This document shows, piece by piece, positions 1 to 11,292 of a stretch of DNA of 64,000 nt (positions are counted from its first letter, which is position 1; every line of letters begins with the position of its first letter). The DNA is from Mobula hypostoma (lineage: Eukaryota). A model generated the notes under the pieces. That model saw nothing but the letters and a program-made list of their open reading frames with translations. It made no database searches and was not told the DNA's origin. The translations under genes were made by a program, and so were the position numbers. Location: NCBI RefSeq assembly GCF_963921235.1, contig NC_086101.1, forward strand, positions 158,596,001-158,660,000. The letters run 5' to 3'.

Positions 1-173
1 ATAAAACTGACAGGCAGAAGCACAATGAAAACAGCTTGTGCTAACATGGCAGAAATAAAAAAAAATCTCTATATGTTGGAAATCAAATATATTAAACCAA
101 AAAAAATCTGAAATACAAGTCAGACAGCATCTGTGAAAATAGAGTTAATGTTACACATCAGACAGCCCGAGCT

Positions 174-640
174 TCAGAATCAGGTTTATTATCACGCTGA
201 GCGTGTGCCTTCAGGCTTCTGTACCTCCTACCTGATGGCAACAGTAAGAAAAGGGCATGCCCTGGGTGCTGGAGGTCCTTAATAATGGACGCTGCCTTTC
301 TGAGACACCGCTCCCTAAAGATGCCCCAGGTACTTTGTAAGCTCGTACCAAGATGGAGCTGACTAGATTTACAACCTTCTGCAGCTTCTTTCGGTTCTGT
401 GCAGTAGCCCCTCCATACCAGACAGTGATGCAGCCTGTCAGACTGCTCTCCACGGTACATTTGAATGTATTTGTTGACTTGCCAAATATCTTCAAACTCC
501 TAATGAAGTATAGCCGCTGTCTTGCCTTCTTTATAACTACATCGATATGTTGGGACCAGGTTAGATCCTCAGATCTTGACACCCAGGAACCTGAAGCTGC
601 TAACTCTCTACACTTCTGATCCCTCTCTGAGGAAGCTTCA
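174..640 (-). mobile_element. Rex/Babar-type LINE, 3' fragment
   Basis: EDLTWSQHIDVVIKKARQRLYF...CTVESSLTGCITVWYG RT C-terminus; AACCTGATTCTGA tail on minus. Confidence 0.8.
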
Positions 641-1178
641 ACTTCATCTTTCAGAAGCGTCATGAAACCGGAACTTGACCTGCTTATTGATTGGCTATAT
701 AAATAAATCCTATGCCGTTCTCTCAAACGACCGGGTATTTTTCTGAGACCTAGCCACAGTTATCCCTCTACTTAAAACACACACAATACTTGGCAATTTT
801 AATTCCCGTGAGTTTACTCTGCACGGATTACCACTTCCTTCCAACGTTACAATGACCACACTTGAAACTGAATTGGCAGTAATGAGCTTTCAAATACCCC
901 TACAGCACCTCCTCCTTCTGTGTTTAACTCGTGCACCCGGTTGACGTTTCTGAGCTCGGTTATGTCAGGTTGTTTTGCTCTGCCACCACTCATTAGACAC
1001 CAGAAATCCCACAGCCACCAGCTCCCACGCGGGGTGGCTTACAGCGCTTCCCTCTCTCCCTCCGACTTCACTGCACAAGTACACCCCGCCATACAGAGCC
1101 CGAGACCTCTAGATGCGGGGTTCATGTTCTGGCTATCTTACTGACAAGCCCCGTGCCCTTCGGCCCATTAGTAGATAC

Positions 1179-1242
1179 CTGGCCACTCCGCTGCCACTCC
1201 GAGCCTGCCAAACAGGGCGCATCGCCGTAACCAGGCCGCCAT
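1179..1242 (-). CDS. MRPS27: MRPS27 exon 1 (mitochondrial ribosomal protein S27); gene continues left of the window
   Basis: Minus strand reads AAG-ATG-GCG: MAAWLRRCALFGRLGVAAEWP+G, then donor CAG|GTATCT (phase 1). Arg-rich presequence. Human MRPS27 is head-to-head with PTCD2 and its exon 1 also ends in phase 1 at ...PAG. Identity rests mostly on synteny. Confidence 0.8.
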
Positions 1243-1640
1243 CTTGGAACGCACCAGCGGCCTTCTCCGTAGGTTGGTACAGCAGATAAAATAAATAAAA
1301 CTTAAACTAAATGGTAACTATTATTAATCCTTTTTGCCTTTCGGGTAAAAGAACAAAATGAATCGTGACTGTGTGCAGTTTCTCCGCAGAAGGTCACAGG
1401 TCAGGTTTCGGAGAGGAGCAGTGAAGCCCTCCCCCCCGTGGCCGCGCTCGGTGGTGTGGTCGGAGGAGAATGGCGGTGATCGTGACGCGGGGGCTCCGCG
1501 TCCTCCTGCAGACCCTCAGGTGCGGCATGTTCGCTCCTCCGCCGCCGCCGAGACTCCGCGACTGCCGGCGCTGCGGTGAGTACCGAAGGAGAGCGGCCGA
1601 TCGGCCGGCCGAGTCCTCCCAGTAACCGTCTACGCATCAT
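1180..1640. promoter_or_regulatory. Bidirectional CpG-rich promoter region shared by MRPS27 and PTCD2
   Basis: Divergent ATGs at 1242(-) and 1470(+). High CpG density. YY1-type CCGCCATCTT over the MRPS27 start codon. Perfect DR1 AGGTCAcAGGTCA at 1391-1403. Confidence 0.8.
1470..1575 (+). CDS. PTCD2: PTCD2 exon 1
   Basis: MAVIVTRGLRVLLQTLRCGMFAPPPPPRLRDCRRC+G, donor G|GTGAGT. RVLLQTL resembles human RVLLQAL. Phase 1 joins exon 2 in frame. Confidence 0.88.
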
Positions 1641-2094
1641 TGGTAAGGTGGGAGGTGAACCATCTTAACGCCGCAGATGCATTGGTGTACCGGGCACTTG
1701 GCAGACCCCTTTTAAAGGAAAGTAACTCAGCATCACCCTTTTGAATGTAATGTTTTAAATAAAGCGTTTTACTAAGTTGTTAAAACAGAACCCATTTTTC
1801 AGTCAATGTTATCGATTGCCCAGCACTTTGAAAGATAGTGCGTGGTGGTTTCATTATTTGAAATGTGCCCCTGATGCTTACTGGCCAGTGACAATTCTAG
1901 AATTCAAATAAAAACTGAATAACTTATGTTGAACGTATATAACAAGCGTGTTTTCTTATACAATGTAAGGACAATATTTTGAGTTAGTTTGTGAATAATA
2001 TTTTTTAGTCTAGGTTTTAATGTTATCGGAATGGGATTTTATTAGAATTACTATCTAATCAGGTGCTTAGGGAAATAGGTAACCTTGCTAGATA

Positions 2095-4630
2095 ACACAC
2101 ACACGGTGCTGGAGGAACTCAGGAGGTTAGGCAGCATCGATGGAAATGGATAAACAGCTGATGTTTCAGGATTGGAAGGGAAGAAGGCAGCATATAATGT
2201 GAGAGGAGGGGTCGGAGTAAAAGCTACAGGAGCCTGGTGAAGGGTCTCTGCCTGAAACATCGACTGTTATTTTTTTCGTTTCCACAGATGCTGCCTGAGC
2301 TGGTGAGTTCCTCCAGCATTTTGTGTGTTGCTCTGGATTTCCAGCACGTGCAGGATCTGGAGTATTGGTGATTGGTGAAGCTAGGTGGGTGGGGAGGAGG
2401 GATGAAGTAAGAAGCAGAGAAGTGATAGGTAGAAAAGGTAAAGGGCTGGAGAAGAAGGTATCTGATTGTGGACGATGGGAGGAAGGGAGGAGCACTTAGG
2501 GAGGGTGTTAGGTAGATGAGAAGAAAAGAACAAGTAACAGACATTCCACCCTGCAAAAACTCATTTCAGGGAGGTAGCACCATCAATTTGCCAGAGACTT
2601 CCTGGAGAGGTGGGATGTCTGCAATAGAGTAGCTCCTTCGCAGCTAGCCAGCTAGTTTAAATAACGTTAGCTATGCTAATGAACAAATGACATCTGTTAA
2701 ACTCAGCTCAACATGTCTTTTACATTTTAACCCACCATGGGCAATAGAAAAGTCACTGTTGCAAACAGTGCAGCGAGCAACACTGTCATTATTTTGACCC
2801 CTATTAGGCAGGGGTACACTTTAGTGTAGTCTGGGGTGAGGTACGTTTTATATTTTTTTTGGAACACTCTGCAATGGTGCGCTCTTGCTCGCACACGTGC
2901 TGTCTCTCTCGTCGCTCGCTCTGTCTCTCCCTCGCTTGCTTTCGCTCTCGCTTTCTTGCTCTCGCGCGCGCTCTCTCATGGTCGCTCTCACGCTCTATTT
3001 TGCTTTTCTCTCACTTGCTCTCAAAAAGTTTGTTTTCCATGATATTGTATATAATTTGCGGGCATCAGGGAGCCACTATTAATATGCGGGAGACTCCCAG
3101 AAGTTCCGGGAGAGGTGGGATGTCTGAAGTAAGAGGGGAGCCAGAGTGGAGAGGGAAGACGGAGGGTGAAAATTACTGATTGTTCGAGAAACTGATGTTC
3201 ATGCAATCATGTTGGAGGTTAACCAGACAGAATATGAGGTTTTGCTCCTCCGACCTGAGAGTAGCCTCATCATGGCAGTAGAGGAGGCCATCAACTGGCA
3301 TGTCGAAATGGGGATTGGAATTGGAATTGAGATGGCTGGCCACCAGGAAATCTTGCTTTTTGCAAATGGAGCAAAGTCCTCAACAAAGCGGTCCACCATT
3401 CTATGTTGGATCTCACCAAAGTAGAGGAGGTCGCATTGTAAGCATTGGATGACAGTAGAACTCAACGGCTTCGCAGGTGTAGTTTTGCCTCAGCTGCAAG
3501 GGTGGTTTGTGTCCCTGATTAGAGGTGAGGGAGAAAGTGAATGTGTAGGTGTAGCACTTCTCCCACTTGCAGGGATATGTGCCAGGAGGAAGATTAGTGG
3601 GGAAGGACAAATGGACAAAGGGAATCATGGAGAGAGCATTCCCTGCAGAGAGTGGGGGGGTGGGGGTAAAGATGTATTTGGTGGTAGGATTTTCTTGTAG
3701 ATGGTGGATACTGCGGAGAATGATATGTTGGATGCAGAGGCTCATGGGGTGGGCTCAAGAGGACCTCTATCCCAGTTAGGATGATGGGAAGATTGGGTGG
3801 GAAATGGAGAGCATTGGTGGGGGAGGGAGATGGTGAAGGCTTCATCACTGTTCGGGAAGGGAAAGCCTCATCCTGAGAACAGATCCGGCAGAGACAAAGG
3901 AACTGAGAAATGGAAATGCCCATTTTATAGGAGATGGGGAGGAGGAAAGGATAAGGTCAAGATACCTATGGGAGTTGGTAAGTCCAGTAAAGATAGATAG
4001 TTTGTCTTGGAGATAAAAAAAATTGAGAAAGGGGAGAGAGATGTCAGAAATAGACCAAGTGAATTTAAGTGTAGGGTGGAAGTTGGAGGCAAAGTTAATG
4101 AAATTGAGTTCAGCATGGGTGCATGAAGCAGCACTATTACAGTCATCAATATAGCACAGAAAGAGGTGGGGAGCTTTACCAGGGAAGGGTTGGAACATGG
4201 ACCCCACATAGCCAACAAAAAGGCAGACACAGCTGGAGCCCATGCAGATGCCCTTGGCTGCGCCTTAAGTTTGGTGAACATGGGAGGAGCCAAAATCGAA
4301 ATTTTTGAGTGTAAGTACCAGTTTTGCCAGATGGAGGAGGGTGTTGATGAAGTGGAACAGGTCTGTTGCTGAGAAAGAAGCAGAGAGCTTAAGGTCTTTT
4401 GATGGGAGTGATAGAAGTGAATAGGGACTGAACATCCATCGTGAAAATGTGGCAGTCAGGTCCAGGGAATTTAAAGTTGTTGAGATCATGAATGGCAGAA
4501 GTTTCGCAGATGTAAGGACTGAACCAATGGGTATAAAATTGAGCTGAGGTATGCGGACGCAAGTTCAGTGGGGCAGGAGCAGGCAGAAACGATGAGCCTA
4601 CCTGGACGGTCAGGTTTATAGATCTTCAAG
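2095..4630 (-). mobile_element. Penelope-like retroelement (degenerate RT + GIY-YIG) with inverted pLTR piece at 2230-2358
   Basis: MGSSCVCLFVGY...YIDDC...FASNFHPTLKFTWSIS (RT) and IQCLQCDLLYFGEI (GIY-YIG). Interrupted by the MITE at 2538-3126. Confidence 0.85.
2538..3126. mobile_element. Non-autonomous DNA transposon with 6-bp TSD (hAT6-like MITE), copy 1
   Basis: TIR CAGACATTCCACC...GGTGGGATGTCTG; AAGTAA duplicated on both flanks; CT/CG-rich microsatellite core; near-identical to 56900-57538. Confidence 0.85.
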
Positions 4631-5616
4631 ATAGAAACAAGTATTGTAGGGTAAGGGAACTATGAGATCGTTTTAAAAGACAAGTGATAGGGAGCTCTAG
4701 ATCTTTGAAAAAGGCAATATTATTGCAGAGTGAAGTAAAGGAATGCATTTTCATTGCTCAGCGAAGAATGGTGACATTTGCAAAGCATCTGCTGAATCCA
4801 AAGTGTGGAGTGGGCAGTGAAGGAAATGGAAAGTGTTAGAAGATAATTGCTTTGATCTTACTTAAAACTGCAGCAAGTTTTTAATCTGCTCCAACAGTAG
4901 ATAAGGAATCACCAAAATCAATTAAATGCTATGACAAATGGGCACTTGTTTAATCTGACCAACTGAAAGACCCAAGTTAGCTGGTCAAGAGCCAAAATTG
5001 GTGAAAAGGGACAAAACTAGCGTTTGTGATGTGACAGACCATCCAGTGTCACTGCTTGAAGATAGATTGTGCACTGTCTGGAATTTTTCCAAACTGTGCC
5101 CAGCAATGGAAAGGTGAGGAATATGTCACATTAATTTCTAAATAAATCAGGTGAAAAGTGTATATGTCATTGATGTTCTGCCTCAGGATAAGATGCTGCT
5201 GTTTCTTGAAATTTGAAATAAAATGGTAAAATTTACTAAGGAGCGAGGAAGTACAAGAAGTAAAGAATCGGGAGGTCTAAAAGCAGCAGTCTCCAGCTGA
5301 CTAAAAGCATGAATGAGTTCTAACTACAGTAGTTGTGAGATGATTGGACAGTCCATGTGGAGAAACAGCAGTTCAGGGGAAGTTCAATGAAAGAAATGGC
5401 TAATGGTGAGCAGACCATTTTATTAGTACAGTCAAATGTGGTTTAGATTGCAGAATCTAAATCTTTGCATCATTCTTTTGTGTCTTATTTATTGAAGTAT
5501 TACCATATACTGTATACTGTTTACTCAGTGAGTTTATGCAGGCAAAGAATGTCATTGCACTTTGGTGAATTAGAGAAACTAATCCGAATCAAATTTATTT
5601 ATTTTTGTATCTGCAG

Positions 5617-5709
5617 CCAGACGATACTTACTTTCAGACAATGTGATACGCTTGCTCGAGTTCCAACAGAAGAAGGTTGCACTTGCAAATCAGTTATATA
5701 TCAGTAGGG
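5617..5709 (+). CDS. PTCD2: PTCD2 exon 2
   Basis: ctgcag|..|gtaagc, 93 nt. [31 protein letters not shown] (human [24 protein letters not shown]). Confidence 0.95.
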
Positions 5710-7008
5710 GTAAGCTATATCAATATGCAATTGAAAAGATGATAAGATTTAAAAGTGGGTAATTTATGATTGAGTATAGAGCTTGAATATGAGTGCATGA
5801 GACTGTTGTTAAAACGACACTTATTGAGCTACTGATTTATTCTTCAACTGTTTTAGAACTTTGAAGTTTCCTTAAAGTGATAACCTGCACTAGGTTAGAT
5901 TTGTATTGATGGAGTACTTAATGTTCTGTCCGTATTTGGCTTTAAGAAGATTCTCCTTTAGCTGATCCATCTTTCTAATGGTTTTCCATTCATTACATTT
6001 GGCCCCTCCAGCAAGCTGTCTAATGGAAGAGTTTACTATTGTTTCCAGCCTGATAGTTCCTTCAGTTTTCCACGTTTGGAAATGCTCAATATTGTTGGGC
6101 CAGGATCAGGCTGTGCACTGACAGCCTCTGAGATTGGCTGACATCCTAACAGGTGAAATATAGTTGAGGTACATAAGGAATGACTTCTCCTGTGGGATGT
6201 TATCCTGGCGAGAGTTATCTTTGTAAAGGGGAGCAGGGAATGGTCACCTGTTCTGTGGAAGGACAGGAGGTCAGCAGTGGCCCTTGTATTAGATGGAGCT
6301 TATCTCTTTTCTTTGTGCATTGCAGATGATAGAATTAGGTTTTTATAAGTTTTTGAATGATTTATCCCTCTGGAAATGAAATCAGCTTTTCACGAATGAT
6401 ATTATTTGTTTCTCTCTTAGTCCTCTAACTGGCATTTCAAGGTAATATCTATCAGCTACAGAAATTACAGGGAAAGAAGGTTAAGGTTATGGGTCTTTCT
6501 ACATCAAAAAGTTATTTTATCAAACGGATTTTTAAAATTAGGAAATTTCATGGAAGAACATTGAAATATTAAGCGGAAAAGTTAGAATAAAAGAATTGTT
6601 TGCCATATAGGAACACTATTTATATGCATTGTGCTGCTTTGTGGTAAGGGGACTAGGGCGCACATTTTTCTGTATTGTAATCATAACATTTTCTTCAGAT
6701 AGTTAATACCTGGAAATTTTAGTAGAATTTTTGAAATCATGAAAACACATCTCTTGATTTGAACTCAACTGCACTAATGGAAAGAAAATGTCCAACTGTT
6801 TCTGTAGCCTTGTGGAGGCCGTGTCTTGTTGCTTATTTATTTACTTATTTTACCTATTAGTTTCTAAGCCTATAGTGGTTGTTTTCTGAGTGTCAGAAAT
6901 AAACATGAAGAGCCAGGGGGAGACTTACTAACTGCTAAAGGTATTTTGTACTTTGGAAATTTTGTTTATCTTTTACTCGCTTTTCACACAGATGTGTTAA
7001 TTTTGCAG

Positions 7009-7138
7009 ATCAATATTTCAAATCAATTCAGGAAAAATTAAAAAAGAATGAACTAATCCTCAAGGATGATTTAAAAATATTGTTACATTTGTGTCAAATA
7101 CCAGCAGAAGTAGAACTAGCAAAGGATGTAATTTACAG
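7009..7138 (+). CDS. PTCD2: PTCD2 exon 3
   Basis: ttgcag|..|gtatgt, 130 nt. DQYFKSIQEKLKKNELILKDDLKILLHLCQIPAEVELAKDVIYR. Confidence 0.95.
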
Positions 7139-7315
7139 GTATGTTCCTAAAATGTGAAACAGAATTTATCGTAATTGTGAATTACTGCATGAAGAAAAAT
7201 CTCTTTATTCATTACTATTTATACTTTCTCATCAGGACTGAAGATAATGTGTGTGGACAGTTATTTTTGTATTTCACCTTTCCACTTTTCGGGCACTTTC
7301 AGGCAATAAAATTCT

Positions 7316-7934
7316 TTAGATTATTAGATTATGAGGACATGCAGTCCTTTTCCATTGTCATTTAGTAATGCATGCATTAAGAAATGATACAATATCCCCC
7401 GGTGAGATATCACAGAAGCACAGGACAGACCAAGACTGAAAAACTAACAAAACCACATAATTATAACATATAGTTACAACAGTGCAACAATACCATAACT
7501 TGATGAAGAACAGTAAAAAAGTTCAAAGTTTCTCAAAAGTCCCACATCTCACGCAGACGGGAGAAGGAAGAAAACACTCCCTGCCATGCCCAACCACAGT
7601 CCGACTCTGAGTCGTCTGAAAACTTCGAGCTCTGATCAGCCCTCTGACACCGAGTACCGAACACCATCTCTATCCGAACGCTTTGACCTCAGCCACGGTC
7701 GCCAGCAGCAGGCAAAGCTGGGGATTTTGAGGACTTCCCTCCGGAGATTCTCGATCACACAGTAACAACGGCAGCAAAACCAGGCATTTCAGAAATTTCT
7801 CCAGATGTTCCTCTGCTTCTCACGTCTGTCTTCATCAAATCAGAATTGTCCACAGCCCCTATTTAACAGACACGATATAATTTCACCGGAGAGCTGCGCA
7901 CGCTGCGTCGCGCTGCCATCTTCTCCTCCCGCCT
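7316..7934 (-). mobile_element. Non-autonomous retroposon (probably Rex-partnered)
   Basis: CpG-rich head GGCGGGAGGAGAAGATGGCAGCG; short (ATAATCTA)n-like tail; flanks TAAAATTCT/TATAATTCT resemble a TSD; no coding similarity recognised. Confidence 0.55.
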
Positions 7935-8539
7935 TATAATTCTCCAATGTAAATTGAGTTTAAAGTAACAATTTTCAGCAGTTCAACCCTGAAACTTTAA
8001 TATTAAGTGCTAGAAATACTCAGCTAATTTAGTATTTCTGTGGAGAGAGAAGCAAGTTTGAATTTCAAATTGATAACATTTCCTCATTAAGTATGGCTGA
8101 TATAAGCTGGGCTGTTTGTAAACCTACAGCTTGTTTCAGCCCCTACATACGAAATAAAACTTGGGAGACCAGCAGCATGGATTGGTTGGATTGTTTGAGA
8201 CTGCAGGCAACTTCTAACTTGGGAATTCAGTTTGTGGTGTCATTTCCAACTTGCAAACTGTGCTGGCTATGAACAGTGCACAGGAATGGAACCCTAGTGT
8301 AACCCAGGGAAATTTAGAGTGGAACAAATGTGAGTTCGCAGAGAAAGAATGAAGTAGTTCCCAGTAGAGAAAGGGAAGGACTCTGGACCAAGGAGAACTT
8401 AAATGACACACTGTGGTGGTGTTGGTTATAAAAAGGCAGTGAAACAAAACCAGGTATCTCTGAAGGAGATGCAAATGGGATCAGATGATTGAACCCTAAA
8501 CTTAATAGAAGTGGAAAGAAAAACAAATTGACTGTTAGA

Positions 8540-9350
8540 GAATGTGAAGTTAAAGCTATAATGACTCATCGCCTTGATGTTGTTGAATTCAATGTTGATT
8601 CTTGTGAGCATGAAAAGACAGAGAAATCAGAATGGGAGTGAGATGGAGAAATAAAGCAGAAGGCAACTAGAAGCTCATGGTCATCCTGTGGAATGAAGAG
8701 ATGTGTTCTGCAAGCAATCGTCCATTCTGTGCTTGGATGCTCCAGTGAAGAGGAGACAAAACTGTAAGCCCTGAAAGTACTAAAATTGTGCTAAGTTAGA
8801 AGTACAAGTGCATCACAGCTGCACCTAGACAGTGTGTTTGAGGCCCTGGATGTGGGAAGGGAAGGTAAAAGAGCAGATGCTGCATTTCCTGTGATTCCAG
8901 AGAAACTGGTGCATACACAAGAGTCGCAGGTTAAGCAATGCTTTTGGAGTACTGGAAGAGGAGAAGAGGGTTGATGATGGTGGCATCACACTGGAGCTGT
9001 CTAAGATATTGGAGCCTGATCTATTGAATATGGAAACTGGTGAGTGGAAGATGAAGTTAAGGGCAATCCTTGTTTTAGATTACAGGGAAGCAAGTGAGAA
9101 CGGAAGTGTGGAAAATGGTAAAAGCATGGTTAAGAGCCCTGCGCTAATGGTGGAGGCAAAGCCATAGTTAAGGAAAACATTTTATAAGCACTGTTGTGGA
9201 AGGAAGTGTGGTCAGACTGATATGCTGTTGTTGATAAAAGTTCGAGAGTAAAATGAATGAAAAGTCATGAAAAATCAGCTCTTCCTTGTTACCAGCCGCT
9301 GTATTTCCAGCATCACTTGTTTTTATTTTGGATTTCCACATTCTGCAGTT
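8540..9350 (-). mobile_element. Old degraded Penelope-like fragment
   Basis: Diverged resemblance to the GIY-YIG region at 3180-3800, plus a pLTR remnant near 9290-9350. Confidence 0.45.
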
Positions 9351-9379
9351 TTTTTTTGGATTAACTGTGGAGTTTAAGT

Positions 9380-11292
9380 AGAAATTGTTCAACATTTGAA
9401 CAAGTCCTGCTGGGGTCAGGGCAGTGAAGATGGAAACGATTGTCAGGGCAACAGGTAGGGGATTCTGTGGACACGAAAAGGAAACACGGATGGTAGTTTG
9501 CCTCTTGGTGCCAGGTTCCAAGATGTTTTTGGACTTGTCCACAATATCCTGAAATGGGAAGGTGGTACTATTGGTAACAGTGACATAGGAAGAAAAAGGG
9601 ACGAGGTCCTGAAAACAGAATATGGGGAGTTGGCAAGGAAGTTGAGTAGCAGGACCTCAAGGGTTGTAATCTTGGGATTGCTGCCTGTGTCACGTGACAG
9701 TGAGGATAGGACTAGAGTGAAGTGGCAGATAAATATGTGGCTGAAGAATTGGAGCAGGGGTCAGGGTTTCAGATTTCTGGATAATTGGGACTTCTTCTGG
9801 GGCAGGTGCGATCTGTACAAAAGGGATGGGTTGCACTTGAATCCGGGGGGGACCAGTATTCTTGTGGGTAGATTTACTAGAGCTGATGGGAGTGATATAA
9901 ACTAATATGGCAGGAGGATGGAAACCAGTATGGTAGAGCTGAGGATGAGCCAGCAGGTTTACAAGTAGATGATGGGTATAAAATCAATGTAAGGGAGGAC
10001 AAGCCAATGATTGGGTGCAAATGCAGACAGAGCAAAGAGTTAAATTGTACCACAGAGCTGAAATTCAAAAGGATGAAGAATGAAGGAATGAAGAATAAAT
10101 GCTACATATAATGCACGCAGCGTTCAGAATAAGATGGATGAACTGATGGCACAATTAGAGATTGGTTGGTATGACATTGTTGGCATCACTGAGTTGTGGC
10201 TAAAAGAAGAGGAGCTTAACATCAAAGGATATGCTTTGTATTGAAAGGATGGACAGGAAGGCATAGGTGCTGGTGTGGCTCTGCAGTAAGAGATGGAGCT
10301 ACATCTTTAGAAAGGTAACATAGGGTCAGAGAATGTTGGATCTTTGTGGGTGGAGTTGAGAAATTGCAAGGGTAAAATATCCATCATCGGAATTGTATAT
10401 AGCCCTCTAAATAGCAGCCAAGATGTGGCTTTCAGATATGCAAGGGGATTGGGAAAATCAGGTTGGTGTCGGATTGCAAGGGAGGGAATTTGTTGAATGC
10501 CTATGAAATGGCTTTTTAGAGCAGCTTGTGTTTGAGCCTACTTGGGGAAAGGCTATCTTAGATTGGGTGTTGTGTAATTACCCTGATCTTATTAGGGAAG
10601 CTTAACATAAAAGAGTGCTTAGGAGGCAGTGATTATAATATGATTGAATTCATACTGCAATTTGATAGGGAGAAGCACAAGTCATAATGTATCAGTATTC
10701 CAGTGGAATAAAGGGAATTATAGAGGGATGAAAGAGAAGCTTGCCCAGGTAGATTAGAGGGGATACTGGCGGGAATGATGGCAGAGCAGAGATGGCTGAA
10801 GTTTCTGCAAATAGTAGAGAAGGTGCAGGATAGATATATCCCACAGAAGAAGTTGTTCCCAAATGGCAGGGATAGGCAACTGTGGCTGACAAAGGATGTT
10901 AAGGACTACATAACAGCCAGGACTAGAAAGCACTAGATAGGGTGGATCTGGAGAGGATGTTTCCTGTTGTGGGCGTATCCAGAACTAGAGGGCAAAACCT
11001 CAAAATTGAGGGGCAACCCTTTAGAACAGAAATAAGGAGGAATTTTGTTAGCTAGAGTAGTAAATCTGTGTAATGCTCTGCCGCAGACTGCGGTGAAGGA
11101 GAAGTCAGTGCGTATATTTAATGCAGTAATTGATCATTTCCTGACTGGTCAGGGCATCAAAGGATATGGCCAGAAGGCAGGTAGGTGTATGGGGTTGAGA
11201 GGGATCCGGGATCAGCCAAGTTGGAATGGCGGAGCTGACTGGATGGACTGAATGACCTAATTCTGCTCCTATATCTTGTGGTCTTGTGACTA
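9380..11292 (+). mobile_element. CR1 LINE, internally deleted (ORF1 esterase part, endonuclease, 3' end)
   Basis: SRTSRVVILGLLPV...GFRFLDNWDFFWGR..RDGLHLN (SGNH esterase). Degenerate APE region follows, then a jump near 10921 to RVVNLCNALP and the CR1 3' end. Confidence 0.85.

Noticed and set aside
1401-1640. Antisense 79-aa ORF over PTCD2 exon 1
   Set aside because: It is a stop-poor GC-rich shadow frame with no recognisable homology.
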